Positions 1-12,659 of a stretch of DNA of 64,000 bases are shown piece after piece. Numbering within the stretch: the first letter of the stretch is position 1; every line of letters starts with the position of its first letter. Origin of the DNA: Zancudomyces culisetae HAW-14-8 (lineage: Eukaryota; Fungi; Kickxellomycota). Position numbers and translations under genes: made by a program. A model generated the notes under the pieces. That model saw only the letters and a list, made by a program, of their open reading frames with translations, made no database searches and was not told the DNA's origin. The stretch spans positions 2,604,001 to 2,668,000 of the forward strand of contig JBNJNM010000006.1 in the NCBI GenBank assembly GCA_052426225.1. Reading direction: 5' to 3'.

Positions 1-162
1 GCTTAAGATTGCCATTTTATGGAAATGGACGAGTACTAAATGTCGAATTTAGACATGTTTAAACCTTGGGGTCTTGTTCTAAAGCCTGTTTTGAGGGACA
101 GTGAGTTTTTTGACTTTCAATATAACAAAGTAGTAAATTTATACGCTTTATATGTATGCTAG

Positions 163-1087
163 GAGACAACCAGCTGAAAAGACCTGGCAAGATCAGCTTG
201 GAATATGGATACAACTTATACTGGACTATTTCAAGTTCCACAACAAGTATGTGTTGAACATCAGTGAATGTCAAGAAATGGACATATTTAACAACACTAA
301 AATCAACCGTAAGTGTTTACCTAATAAAAAAATGTATTTATAAAAAAACATGTATACCAACAGGTCTACTTTGCATATAGGCTCTGCAAAGCTTGAACTT
401 GTCGTAGAGATAATAGATAATATGTGCAAAAAAGGTAATTAGTAGATATTCATACTTATAAATATCGCAGAGATAACTCTGTAGTTTTAGGGGCAGTCTA
501 CTATCAATGATACAACAAAACCAGAGAAATTGACTCTTATATCTAAAATACATCCTTCTAGGGAAAGCAGAGTGGAATCCGAACTTTAGTAGCAAAAGCC
601 AGTGCTACATATACTGGCGAACTCCTGAAGAGTGGTCACGAGTTATCATCGAATGGGTATGGGTTTCCTTTCTTTTTTATTTACAAAAAAAGTTCTCTGT
701 TGTTTAATTCCAAACCCATGGAACTGGATAATTGTCATTTCCGGAATATTAAAAAACATCACATTTTGCGAGAATAGGTCGACGAAAAGGGATTAGGCGA
801 CTCTATAGTTACCATGTATGAACTAACTAGAGGCGAAGATTTTGTAGGCTCATGTAAGACCATCTTTTTTACATTGATACATATTGTTGGTGTGTGAATT
901 TCGACATAACGGCACACACATATGCTTATAGACTAAAGAATAATACTCGGGTTTACTTTGTGTAGCTTTTGAAAATCTGGATCCGTACATTTTGAAAAAG
1001 GCACTAAACGTGCTGAAAGCTAAAGGAAAGATCAAACTATTTACTGGTAGCGATCCTGATGAGCTTGGTATAAAGTTTTGTTTGTAG
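163..1087 (+). CDS. VPS25: ESCRT-II subunit Vps25; first exon lies upstream of the window. Exons 163-308, 381-434, 562-656, 778-853, 966-1087
   Basis: GT-AG splicing gives an open frame RQPAEKTWQDQLGIWIQLILDYFK...IFNNTKINR-SAKLELVVEIIDNMCKK-GKAEW...CYIYWRTPEEWSRVIIEW-VDEKGLGDSIVTMYELTRGED-FENLDPYILKKALNVL...GIKFCL*, matching Vps25 motifs (WRTPEEW, TxYEL, GxKF end). Confidence 0.92.
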
Positions 1088-2145
1088 CTGTGGCATAGTC
1101 GGTTGTAAAAAAATGCATTTTTTCAATGCTTAAATAAAGAAAAGAAAATTATAGAGCGGTCGAATTGACTATTTTTTAGTATCCAATATACACCTGGTGG
1201 AGACACGATGATGGCCAATGGCTAATGGCTATGATCGTTGTTATTTCTACCGATACTATGCATTTAGGCCGACAACGCGTAATTGTAGCTGCAGCACCTA
1301 GTTCAGCTAGTAAAACACAAGTTCACATGAAGTTTACTCCACTACTATGTTAAAAGAAAGTACTAAACTAAAGCGCATCACCATCTTGTTCAACTTGCTT
1401 TGTAGCCTATGCGAGATAAAAAGAAAAATTTCATTGAATAAAAAATGTTATGTGCACTGATATTAAGATAGATGAGATAGATTTTTTATCTACTCACTAT
1501 TATCCTGCGTACCAGATCATAGTGTGAAAACGTTTATATAAATTCACATTTAAATAGCAGAGCAGTAACTTTAGGGGGGAGGGGGAGGGAAGGTCGATAT
1601 AATATAGATACCAGTGATGATAAAATAGAAAAAAGTATATCTTGACACTTTTAAAAAGATGAAATTTATTCACTCCCTGTTTCTTCATTTGTGGATGTTT
1701 TAAAGTTTGTGCTGAAACATACCTCAATTTTCAGTCACCGTCTTTTGATTTATAAACCCAAATATAACAACTTTTTGTTGCATTTTGGCCGTATAAAAAC
1801 TATTTGTCGGTCTTTGGATTTTGGACTACCCAATAGAGAATGACACACACACACCAATAACATTCACACATCAGTGTAATATAAATAGAATTATTCAAAA
1901 CTGATTTTAAACGATTCATTCCAAATTTAGAAAAATCATATTTGCTTTCCCCTACTTAAGTTCTGAGGCAGGTCAACTCACAAGTGTTTAAATACATTTG
2001 GCCAACTTACCTTTATTCAATCACAAATACTGATTATATCTTACAGAAATTAAATTAACATATCTTCAAAAGTCCCACTTTTGGATCTCCGAGAAAAGCA
2101 GGTGTTCAAAGAAATCGCTGATATAAATCAGAAAAAAAGTAGAGA

Positions 2146-5100
2146 ATGAGGTTCAATCCAAAGAACGCAAAAGTGAAATTGTTAGTGCTAACTTTTTTGT
2201 CACTATCAGCCACTATTTCTGCTGACCAAGAGGGTATGTTTGACAGAAATGTGCACGAGGAAAAGCTTAAAGCCAAATTACAAAAGCTGGATGCAACTGT
2301 GAAAAAAAAGTACGAATGGGGCACATATAGGCCAAATTTATACTTTGGAGTTCGATCGTTACAGGAACACTCATTATCGATGGGGTCTGCATGGTTTGGA
2401 TATAATACTATGGATGCATTTCAGAGTAAGTCGAGAAAATTGCAGTGTTTGTAGCATTGTAGTTGATAACACGATATTGTTTTATTGACATAGCCGTTAG
2501 ACATTCGTGTGAAATGGATGATAAACTTGAGTATTACGGATACAGCAGACACGATGGGAAAAGCTTTGCGGAACAAACCATTAAGGACTCAAAGTTTTTG
2601 ATGGACTTTAATACAACATTTATTAAACCTGAAGGTTGGTGTTTCCACTTTTTCTTTTTTTTATTTAGCTATTTTGTTTTGGCATTTGTATAATATGTAA
2701 AAGCGCACAAGATGTCTTTGGAGACTTAGTAAATGCGGACTGATACATTACATGCTTTATATGCAATAGACGATCACTGGATAGCACGAATCAAGGGAAC
2801 TAATAAAATAAGTAAAGTTGATACAGCTATATTTGATATATACTCAGTTCATTTTTAACTATGGGATTTTATTACATCTTTTTCCAATTACAGTTAAAGT
2901 AAAACTAAAAAAATGTAGCTGATTTGGAAAATATCACAAAATAGTTTCAGAAAATAATACTCCGAGTAGAGGTGTAGCATTCGTATTGTATTTCAGTATT
3001 GGTGGTAAAGGAACTATAGGTGTTTCTGAAGGGATCGAAAAGGCAAGTTTTTTTTTTATGTGAAAAAAAGAATAGTAGAAATAAAAAAAAGTGTTCGGTT
3101 GTAGAAGCTTGGTATAAAAAAGTAACAATGCTGGTAAAATTAAAATAGAAACTGAAAGCGACGGGTATAGCTGAGCTTGTTGTGAAGGATGAACAGGATG
3201 ACAATTACAAGATCAAATTTACAAGTGATCCAAAGCAGGGAATAATAAAACTGGGGAGGGATAAGGAGGCTGTAAAGTATGAGGTAATGGCCAGAAATAT
3301 AAAGCAGCCCGAGGATAGGTGGAATGCAAAAGACATATTTATGCGGGAATTGGTTGGAAATGCACAAAGGAGATTTGCAGGGATGAGCGAAGAACAAGTT
3401 AATAGGATTATGACCGAAGAGCACCCAAGTTCATTACTTAAATTCCGAAAGTTCTCGCTTAAAAACAGTGATGATTACATCAACAACAGCAAAAGGAACA
3501 GAAACGGGAATAGCGACAGCGACGACGACGAAAGTGATTCCGATGATGATACTGACAATGATGATAACAGTAGCAGTGGTGACGAAGGGGGGAAAATGTG
3601 GAGATACAACTGGGTAGCTATAAAGATTAGTTTTGAAGGTGAATTTGAGTTCAAAATAGAGTACAGTAATGCATCGAAGGAGGCAGCAAGTGTTACACAT
3701 GAATACAAACTAGATGAGGAAATAGTGGCAAAACGCAGGGAATTTGACGAGAAATTTGAAAGGGTGTTCAAGCTTCAGGAAAGGGGTTATGGTGAGAAAG
3801 AAATAGGAGTAGCAAAGACAGCGTTTAGTAATGTGATGGGGGGAATAGGTGTATTTGAAGGGGAGGAAATAGTGGAGGAAGAAAAGAGCATTATGGCGAA
3901 GGCCAGAGATAAAAAGAGTCGAGAAAAGCAAAGAGAAGAGGCGGTTGGTGATGAGATGAAGAGAAGAGCTGAGAGATCTGTAGAGGAGGATGCGCTGGAT
4001 AGAGAACTGGAACTGGATTTAGAAATGGAGATCGAAAAAGCACAGCAGAATTCCAAAGAGAAAAATAGCAGTGATGCAGCACCAACGAGCGACATAAAAG
4101 ATGAAAAACCAAGAATCATATTTACGGGAACACCGAGCAGAACGTTTTTCCCAAGAGGATTCTTGTGGGATGAAGGATTCCACCAGCTGATAGTGAGTGA
4201 GTTTGATACGGATCTAAGTTTGTTGATACTGAATAGCTGGTTTGATAGCATGGATAAAACTAGTGGATGGATTTCTCGAGAAAAAATATATGGCGAGGAA
4301 GCTAGAAGCAAGGTTCCTAAAAAATTCCAGGTGCAGAATAAACACATAGCCAATCCACCAACACTTTTGATGCCTGTACTAAAGTATCTAAACATTTTAA
4401 AACAGCAAACAATGCGTGGTAGTGGTGGTAAAGCGCGTGGTATGGATGGTGCAGAGGCGGTAAGTCAAGGAAGTAGTGGTAGTGGTAGTGGTGGAGTTGA
4501 GAATGAAGATGGAAATGATGATATCATGATGGACCCTATGGAAAAGGCTGCCATTAATATGAGAAAACATCGACAAGTCCATCTTAGCAGAGAACAAGAT
4601 GACAACCAAGGCCAAGAACAGGAAGAAGGATTCTATCTAAATAACAAGGAAATCAAATCCATTGGTAAAATAAAACTATACGAACTGTACACCAAACTAA
4701 AAAAGAATTACGAGTGGTATCTAAACACCCAATCTGAAAAGATTGATAGTGTTCTAGGGTATAGTAACATTGAATTATATAAATGGAATCAAGGCCTAAA
4801 AAAAGGTGCTGCAGCAAACAGACATCATTTACTGCCTAGTGGTTTGGATGACTACCCAAGATGCGATTACTACTATACTACAGAACAAGAGGTAGAGTCA
4901 AAAGAGAAAGGAAATAACGGTGGTGGCAAGACTTCAAAACCTGTGAAAAGATTCCATGAGATTTGCGATGGTGATAAAAGCGAAATCGATGATGAAGAAA
5001 GGCTATTTCTACATGTAGATTTGATCAGTTGGATTGGATTTATGGCCAAATCGCTTTATGAAATCTCGGATTTCTTGGGTCTCTCAGCAGACCAAATGCT

Positions 5101-5719
5101 ATATCTTGAAAAATACAACAACATCAAAAAGTATCTAAACGAAATTTACTATAACAAGCAAAAAAATATGTATTGTGATATAATGCTAACAACTAAAACA
5201 AAGACCGCGGCTGGTACCGGTAGTGATACCAAGAAGAGTAGCAAGAGCAAGATCAAACACGTTTGTCACAAGGGATACATCTCGCTAATTCCCCGGCTTT
5301 TATTATCACCTTCTTCTGTCTCTACTGCCGAACTACTTGGGAATGATATAGATATGCTTACTGATCCAAATGAACTGTGGTCCGAATTCGGAATCCGTTC
5401 GTTGTCCAAGTCCAACCCTTACTACCAACAAGGCGAAAACTACTGGAAGGGTCCAATCTGGGTCAACATAAACTACTTGGTTCTCAAGTCTTTACATTCC
5501 GGCCACCACCAAAACCCCCATAATAACCAGGAAGAGAAGAGCGATTTGGCGACCTACAACAGATTGAAAGCAAATCTGGTTTCCACCATCGTCGGGTCGT
5601 ACAATAAAACTGGAAACTTTTGGGAGCAATACAACCAGGACACCGGTAATGGCCAGCGATCCCACCCATTCAACGGCTGGACATCATTGCTTGTTTTGAT
5701 TATGGCTGACAAATATTAA
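2146..5719 (+). CDS. CWH41: ER mannosyl-oligosaccharide glucosidase I (GH63). Exons ~2146-2425, 2494-2634, 2770-2811, 2919-3042, 3149-5719
   Basis: WGTYRPNLYFG, RHSCE, PSRTFFPRGFLWDEGFHQL, SGLDDYPR, YWKGPIWVNINYL, FWEQY and RSHPFNGWTSL motifs; N-terminal hydrophobic anchor; exon phases consistent. Confidence 0.95.
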
Positions 5720-5840
5720 TTTCTTTGAACGTTGCGGAAACTCACTTTTACTAATTAATTTACTAATTAATTTATTTTATCTTTTACCTTTTATCTTTGT
5801 TTTTTATTCGATATTGTTCTCATCAGTACCTTGCCCGCTA

Positions 5841-8276
5841 TTATTGCTTTTGTTTTTGTCTTTGTTTCTGTTTTTGATTTTGATTTTGTTTAATATGCAA
5901 AGAATAATAGTCAACATTCGAGTTTATCATATACAAGCCTCTTTTTATTTGCAGTTTGACCCTCATAATATTATTGCTGTTCCCATTAAAACCTGTACCT
6001 TCACCACCAATAAATATATCCTTCCAACTTTCATACCACTTATATATCTCTGTAATTCCACTTTTGTATCCCTCCTTGTTATCCAGATTTTGCTCAATCA
6101 ATCTGCTCAGCCATTCATACATGTACTTGAGCCATTTTTCAACACCCATTCCAACTAATTCCATCCAGTAACGATCACTACCGCTGCTGCTGCTATCCAC
6201 TATCAGTTCATACGACTCTTTTAATCGTACTAGTATTATCAAGCTTGCTCGATCTTGCTGACGTGCATTGATTTCCACTATCTTCTCAATAAGCTCACGA
6301 TACATCCTCACCATAACCTTCTCCAATCGCAACATCATTTCTTGGTTGTACTTTATTACACTGTTCCATTTTTTGATGTAGTTTTTTAGCTTGTCCATCT
6401 CCTGGATCCCAGCTTCTTTATCTTGGCTTTGCATTTTCAATACTATGCTTCGTGTAAGCGTATCTATTTTATCTACTACTACATTGTACAGCTCGTACAT
6501 TACATCTTCGTGTCTCATCAATATAGGCAACCAACAAAACACCCACTCGTCACTCTCCTTTTCTTTTTGCTTTTTCACCTCCCCCTCTCTTCCGTCGCTC
6601 TCCTTTCCATCTCCCAGCATTCTGGTTATAATCTCCCTAATCACTGTCTCTTTAATCAGCCTGTATTTTAGTATTTCCGGAACATTTTCATCCTTCTCCC
6701 ATCTCTCAAGTTCTCTGATTGCTTCTTCACTATCAATTTTGCCCATGCCGCTCGCACCTCGTTTACCTATATTTTCACTATCTCTTTCCTCTCTAAACAC
6801 AACCACCATCTTTTTTTGCATTGGCTCTAGCCATTTATTTTCCATCAGCTTTATGTACCCCTTCCTGCTTTTCATTTCCTCCTTGCTCATCTCTCTCATA
6901 GTTTTGTATATCTTGATCGTCGTTTTTTCAGTTACTTTTACGTCACTGTAATTCTTCACCTCTTTGTTTACTACAGAAAATAACCATTTATCCATCCCAA
7001 TTTGATTAAACGTCAACTTTTCTCCAGCCTCGATATCCTCTTGCTCCATCGCCTGTCTTGTCTTTTTGAGAATTTCCCTGTATACATATTCATCCATTTT
7101 ACTATCTACCCCACGTTCACCATTATCCTCGTCTAAACTTGTTGTTATCATCATGCTATCCTTGTACGCCTTGTATCCGCTTATTATCTCTTTATATTTT
7201 TCGATAATCTCCTTTTTCTGAGTCTCTTTTTCTATTTTTTCCTCCAATTCAACTATCTTTCTAACTTTTATTTCCTTAGCCTCCTCCTGTTTACTCAGTT
7301 GCTTCATCATTGCCTTTATCCACGCTTTACTCAACTCCACACCTAATTCTACTTTTTCCTCTCTAACTTCGTCTTCTGCGTTATCCATCTCTTCAGTAAT
7401 ATCCATTCCATCCTCCCTCATCCGCTCATCTTGCTCATCCCTCCTATCTCTGTCATCTTCAAGGCTTTGCATGAGCTGTGCTATACTGTCTTCATTAACC
7501 AAATGTGGCCGTATCACCACCTTCTTCTTTTTCTTTACCGTCTTGTTTCGCTGCTTATTTTCTTTTATCTCTCTGATTTGTGCTTGCCTGGTCTTTTCTG
7601 AAAACCCTTTGTATGCTATACCCATGTTCTTTCCGGGCCGCAATTTTGTTTCAACTGGATTCACTATCCCCTCTCCCTCCTTTCCCAACCCCTCGCCTGG
7701 CCTGTATCCCATTTTAAGCATCATTTTCCATACAGTTCCTTTCCCTTTAATTGCAAAGGCGCCGAAATCCTCGGAAGCTTCTTCCTCCACCACATTTTCA
7801 TCAATTTCTTGCTTTTGTTTGGTAGCGAAGTTTCCTACTTTTTTCCCCTTATTATCACTTTGGTACCCCTTTTGTTTAGACCTTGGATTGCCCAATCCAA
7901 GGTTTTGCATACTCACCACTTCCTCTCCCTCCTCCTCCTGTTCCTGTTCCTCGCCATCCTTCTTTTTTAAAAATGTCACCTGCCTTCTACTCCCCTTACT
8001 CCTGGAGCGCTGCGCATATCCATCATTGTCGTCTTCATCATCGCTGGCAAATATTCCAAGCATACTTTGCTCTTTCGTTTGTTTCCGCCGTTTATGCCCC
8101 CCTCCCAATCCCGAAAACAATCGACGTTCCTCTCTTAAATCATCCTCGTAACCCTCATATTTGTATTCTAGATCATCCTCGTCTCCATCCTCTAAATTGC
8201 CATTAAATCCCCTTTTTTTATTATAATAGCCCTCATCGCTGCTACTGCTTTCCTCTTCGAGTCTCATTCTATTCAT
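5841..8276 (-). CDS. TFIP11: G-patch spliceosome disassembly factor (TFIP11/Spp382/Ntr1-like)
   Basis: 811-aa ORF with TIP_N-like QTKEQSMLGIFA, G-patch KMMLKMGYRPGEGLGKEGEGIVNPV...GIAY and a C-terminal WL..MYEWL...YKWYESWK segment. Confidence 0.85.
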   Translation of the reverse strand: MNRMRLEEESSSSDEGYYNKKRGFNGNLEDGDEDDLEYKYEGYEDDLREERRLFSGLGGGHKRRKQTKEQSMLGIFASDDEDDNDGYAQRSRSKGSRRQVTFLKKKDGEEQEQEEEGEEVVSMQNLGLGNPRSKQKGYQSDNKGKKVGNFATKQKQEIDENVVEEEASEDFGAFAIKGKGTVWKMMLKMGYRPGEGLGKEGEGIVNPVETKLRPGKNMGIAYKGFSEKTRQAQIREIKENKQRNKTVKKKKKVVIRPHLVNEDSIAQLMQSLEDDRDRRDEQDERMREDGMDITEEMDNAEDEVREEKVELGVELSKAWIKAMMKQLSKQEEAKEIKVRKIVELEEKIEKETQKKEIIEKYKEIISGYKAYKDSMMITTSLDEDNGERGVDSKMDEYVYREILKKTRQAMEQEDIEAGEKLTFNQIGMDKWLFSVVNKEVKNYSDVKVTEKTTIKIYKTMREMSKEEMKSRKGYIKLMENKWLEPMQKKMVVVFREERDSENIGKRGASGMGKIDSEEAIRELERWEKDENVPEILKYRLIKETVIREIITRMLGDGKESDGREGEVKKQKEKESDEWVFCWLPILMRHEDVMYELYNVVVDKIDTLTRSIVLKMQSQDKEAGIQEMDKLKNYIKKWNSVIKYNQEMMLRLEKVMVRMYRELIEKIVEINARQQDRASLIILVRLKESYELIVDSSSSGSDRYWMELVGMGVEKWLKYMYEWLSRLIEQNLDNKEGYKSGITEIYKWYESWKDIFIGGEGTGFNGNSNNIMRVKLQIKRGLYMINSNVDYYSLHIKQNQNQKQKQRQKQKQ

Positions 8277-9684
8277 TTTTTTTAACTATTATCACTTTTA
8301 TTTACATTTCTGTTTTTTAACTTTTTTTTTACTCTTTTTTTTACTCTTTTTTATTTTTCATTCATTTTTTGGAAAGTGATTTTCCTAGTTTGAATAATTG
8401 GAAATCAGTTGTCAAGTTGAGTTCACTATTAAATCAATCAACCAATTTATTACAAGAAAACAGTACTAAATACGAAAATAACCAATTTTTTCATCGAAAC
8501 ATTAAATTCAATAAAGAGTTTATCACTTTGTATCATGTTCCCAACTTGTATACCAAGTACGTCGTTCTTTATCCCTATATATCTATATTTGTCATTATCT
8601 CTTTGGAAAGTAGCTAAAATCTTTATCATTAAAAGTTATGATGTACCTGGCCATTTTATCCAATTTTGAGTAGGGTTGATGTGCGACTGTCTAAAGTTTA
8701 TTTAGAATTTGTGTAGAAATAAAAATATAAAAAAGACACTAAATTGGTGTAAATTTTGATCTCCTACTAGAAAAACCATACGTTAGAGTTCACAGCTGTA
8801 TGCAACAGTCAACTTAAATCTCTAACTTACTTTGCTTCACCCTTCTCGTTTGCGGATAAATATGCCTGCAAACTCATGAAAATACGTCATCTTGGCTTTC
8901 CTTTTTTCTCCAACCTTTTTATCAAGCTCCTTGGAGAGTACACTGTGAATTATTAATAGAGAAAAGTGATGATGTGACCGTCATACATGACATCTGAAGC
9001 ACATCTTGTTGTTTTATAACTTTACCCATTCGTGTCCTATATAAATACCTACGTTTGTTTTTCTGTGTTGCTTTTCTTCTCTCATTGCTTTTGCCTTCCA
9101 CTAATATTGCACACTTGTTTCTGTACATCCATTACACCTTTAGTTTTCTTTTCAGCCCCAACAAATTTTTATAAGCCTCAATACATAAACTTTTTTTTTA
9201 TTGTGCTAATTAACAAAGTTTATCCACAAAATATCCATAAACTTTCGAGGATTATAGAGTTTTGCTTAAACCTTATTATTTTTAAACTTTCTCAATGGAT
9301 TACCAATAAAAACTTCAAAATCGCTAAATTCCGGCAATTGCATTAAATAAACTAATTATTTTTACCCACTAATGGGATAGATGGAACACATCACATTTGA
9401 TTTATCAACCTCAGGCCAATCTTTAGATTCAAAAGCTCGTTCCCACATACCACCACTCTCCCCCCCCCCCCAAAAAATAGCTATTGCTTTACTGTAGATA
9501 CTTTACGTTGATGCCTTTTTCTTATTTTTACAGCTCTAACAATATAACTCTAGAAAACACGATATAGTAAAATACAAACTTCATACAACAAAAACAAAAA
9601 AAAAGTGCGGGTAATCTTACAATTATTATTGATTGTAATATTTATGAACTATTACGCCTGGAATCAGAAAACTCAAATCAAGAA

Positions 9685-12453
9685 ATGAGCTTACCACAAA
9701 GACCAAATTTGAAGCTTAAGAAAAAACCAAGACCCGATCTACCAAAAGTCTCTATTCCTGTACGAACAGCAGACACGAGACCGACACCGCCCTCGCTACT
9801 AATACAGACTCAACAACAAGCCCAACAACAATCCAGCACACAATTACAAATTGAAAGCAATGTTGAGGGGAATAAGAATAGACCTCATGCACATGGCGAT
9901 TACTCGCTTGGCAAATTGGAATCCATAGAGGATTTAATTAATGTGATTCAAAAGGACTACAGCGGCAGCTCTAAAAGTAAGCCCAACATCTTGGATGGTT
10001 TGATTCACTTTTTCTATCTACGTATCTATTTTTTTAGTAACCTGCATATGATATTAAGATAACTTTTTATAAGATCTAGGGTAGCAGAGGGGGAATTAGA
10101 AAACCATTTTAAAAAAGCGGTGGCGTACTAGCATATACTCAAACAAACTGTTGATAATACATTCAGCGGCTTGAAACTAATATCATACAATATAAACGTC
10201 ATAGGTGGGTATTCTATTGATAACCTAACACAAGAGACACAAAACCTAAGACTAAACACTGGTATGCAAAATGTTCCAGGCAACTATGGTAATATGACAA
10301 TGGCAGAGTACCAAAGTATTCAGAACTTTAAGGAAAAAAACAAAAAAATACTTTCAAGCGGAAGATCACTCTCAGTGATTGGTGCACCTAGTAATTTGCG
10401 AAAAGCTCGGAGTAGAAAGCTGGTCATTGGTGGTGAAAGGCAAGAAGAAATAGACGATGATCTCCGAAGGGATGCTACTGGTGAGAACAGTCAGTTTGCA
10501 GGTCAAAATGAAAGTAATGATAAAGACGATAACGGCGGTAGTGGTGAAGGTACAGGTACAGGTTCAGGTGTTCGAAAACTCAACAAAAAGGCGTTTTCGT
10601 TGCAACCACCACCACAGCCCCAAGATCCAGCTTCGTTTTCATCACAGCAACCCTTGACATCTGTAATTGAGGAGTTTGATTTTAAAGAGGAGAACATTGA
10701 GGTACTAGACAAGCTCGGTGAAGGATCTGTCGGAACAGTTCACAAAATACGGTACATACCTACGGGGAAAATAATGGCAAGAAAGGTATGTTGGCGTTTT
10801 ATTTATAGTGTTTTATTTTATTGATTGATGTGGTATTAGTCTTTTGTTACTTTGTATATGTGTATAATTATATATTTGTATGTATGTGTATAGTTGGTGG
10901 GAGTATATCCAGATGAAGCAACGATAAAGCAGCTAGTCAGAGAGTTAAGCTTTTTAAAAAAATGTGATTCACCATGGATTATCAAGTTTTATGGAACATA
11001 TTATCTTGAGGAAGGGCAATGTATTTGTATGTGTATGGAGTTTTGCAATGGAGGAAGCCTTGATAGCATATATAAAAAAGTTGCATCGATGAATGGGAGA
11101 ATCGGAGAAGGAGTACTAGGGAAAATCTCAGAAGCTGTAATGTTTTTATTGGCTTTTATATCATATTGTTGCATAGTCTTGCCAGATTATAAGCATGAAT
11201 ATCAACGTTTGCACATCTATATGATAACATTTTATCTGAAAACAAATAGGTATTGAACGGGTTGGTGTACTTACACGCTAAACAAATAATTCACAGAGGT
11301 AACTATTTATAAAGTAGTACGAACCATCTTGCATGTCCAGATCGGTTTTTTTTTTACTTTTTTATGATTATAAGCCCCACACATACATCCGAAATTGAAT
11401 TGGTTTCTAACCTCTTAAACATTGATAGATATAAAACCGTCCAATATTCTAGTCACTGGCACAGGACAGATCAAGTTGTGTGATTTTGGAGTTAGTGGAG
11501 AGTTAGTTAATTCAATTGCACAGACATTTGTAGGAACCAGCTATTATATGGCGGTAAGTTAAAGATTGAGTTTATTTTATACATAATACTGCTAAACTGC
11601 CAAAGAAAGATGGAAACTCTAGTAATTAGTTAATTGCAAAGCTGAAAAACAAAAACAAGTTCTGAACCTTCTTGAACCTTTGTTGCTCAACTTGCGGCAC
11701 AATAACTACTGTCCATTTTTTATATTTTTACGTGCTCTTGGGATACTCCACGTACTCTAACACCATTACTATAACAATGGGCATCCATTTATCTCACCTA
11801 TATCACTTTTTTTTTTAATTACAACAAAATTTAGCCTGAGCGGATACAGGGATTCGGGTATGCTGTGCAATCGGATGTTTGGTCACTAGGTTTAACAATT
11901 CTAGAGGTGGCATTGGGAAGATTCCCGTTTCCGCCTGCTGGCTCACCACCACTTACCGTCATCGAGCTGTTGGATTACATTATTAGAGCACCAGCACCAT
12001 CTCTAGATCCCAGATATTGGTCAAAGGAGATTGTAGATTTTACAACTAAATGGTAAGTTTTTCTATTTTTTAGAAGCGTAAACCTCAAATGTTCTTATTT
12101 CTCTGGCAAAAAAAAAAAATCATACCTTGGACGAATATACGATCCAAGCTTTTGAGTTGACCACTGGTCAATTGGAGCTGTTAATTTTTTGGTTGAGAAC
12201 TTTTTTTTTTGGATGAGAAGAAGGAGAGAAGGAGGAGGGGGAGGAGGATTTAATTTATTGGTATGAATAGGACATAATGGAAAGGATACTAACACTCTGG
12301 GTTTACCAACTATTTATTACCATTAGTTTAATCAAATCACCAAAAGAGAGACCCACTCCTATCAAGTTGTTGGAAGAAGACGAGTTTGTTCAAAAGTCTA
12401 GCAAGCTTAGGCTGGATCTGAAAAAGTGGATCAAACAGGTTTGGTCGACGTAA
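9685..12453 (+). CDS. MKK1: MAP kinase kinase, Mkk1/Pek1 (cell-wall integrity) type. Exons 9685-9976, 10205-10785, 10894-11136, 11250-11298, 11429-11553, 11835-12052, 12327-12453
   Basis: [59 protein letters not shown]-terminal WIKQVW; basic N-terminal docking-like motif; all introns GT-AG and in phase. Confidence 0.9.
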
Positions 12454-12659
12454 TTAAAAAACAAGAGATTGGGACTCGAGATATTATTTTATTTCTTTAT
12501 TCTTTGTTTTATTTGGAATAGAATATTACATACCAATTTTTCTATGTGCTAAGATTGGTAAATAAAGCATTTTATAAATAAGTAAATATAAGTAAAGATA
12601 GTCTATATAATGGGGGGAGACAATGAGAGTGCTAGTAATGGCAATAACAACAGAAATAT

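Noticed and set aside
1614-1715. GTGATGA...CTGA resembling a box C/D snoRNA on the + strand
   Set aside because: No terminal stem and only a short, imperfect AT-rich candidate guide; compatible with chance.
1380-1783. Selenoprotein idea: spliced - strand ORF reading ...TEN-TGA-GYKAS
   Set aside because: No CxxU motif or family similarity, no SECIS found, and the product would be tiny.
6391-8206. Long + strand ORFs opposite TFIP11; similar shadow ORFs at 3787-4395, 14347-15117, 28428-29195 and 59652-60137
   Set aside because: Antisense shadows of purine-rich genes; S/L/F-rich with no motifs.
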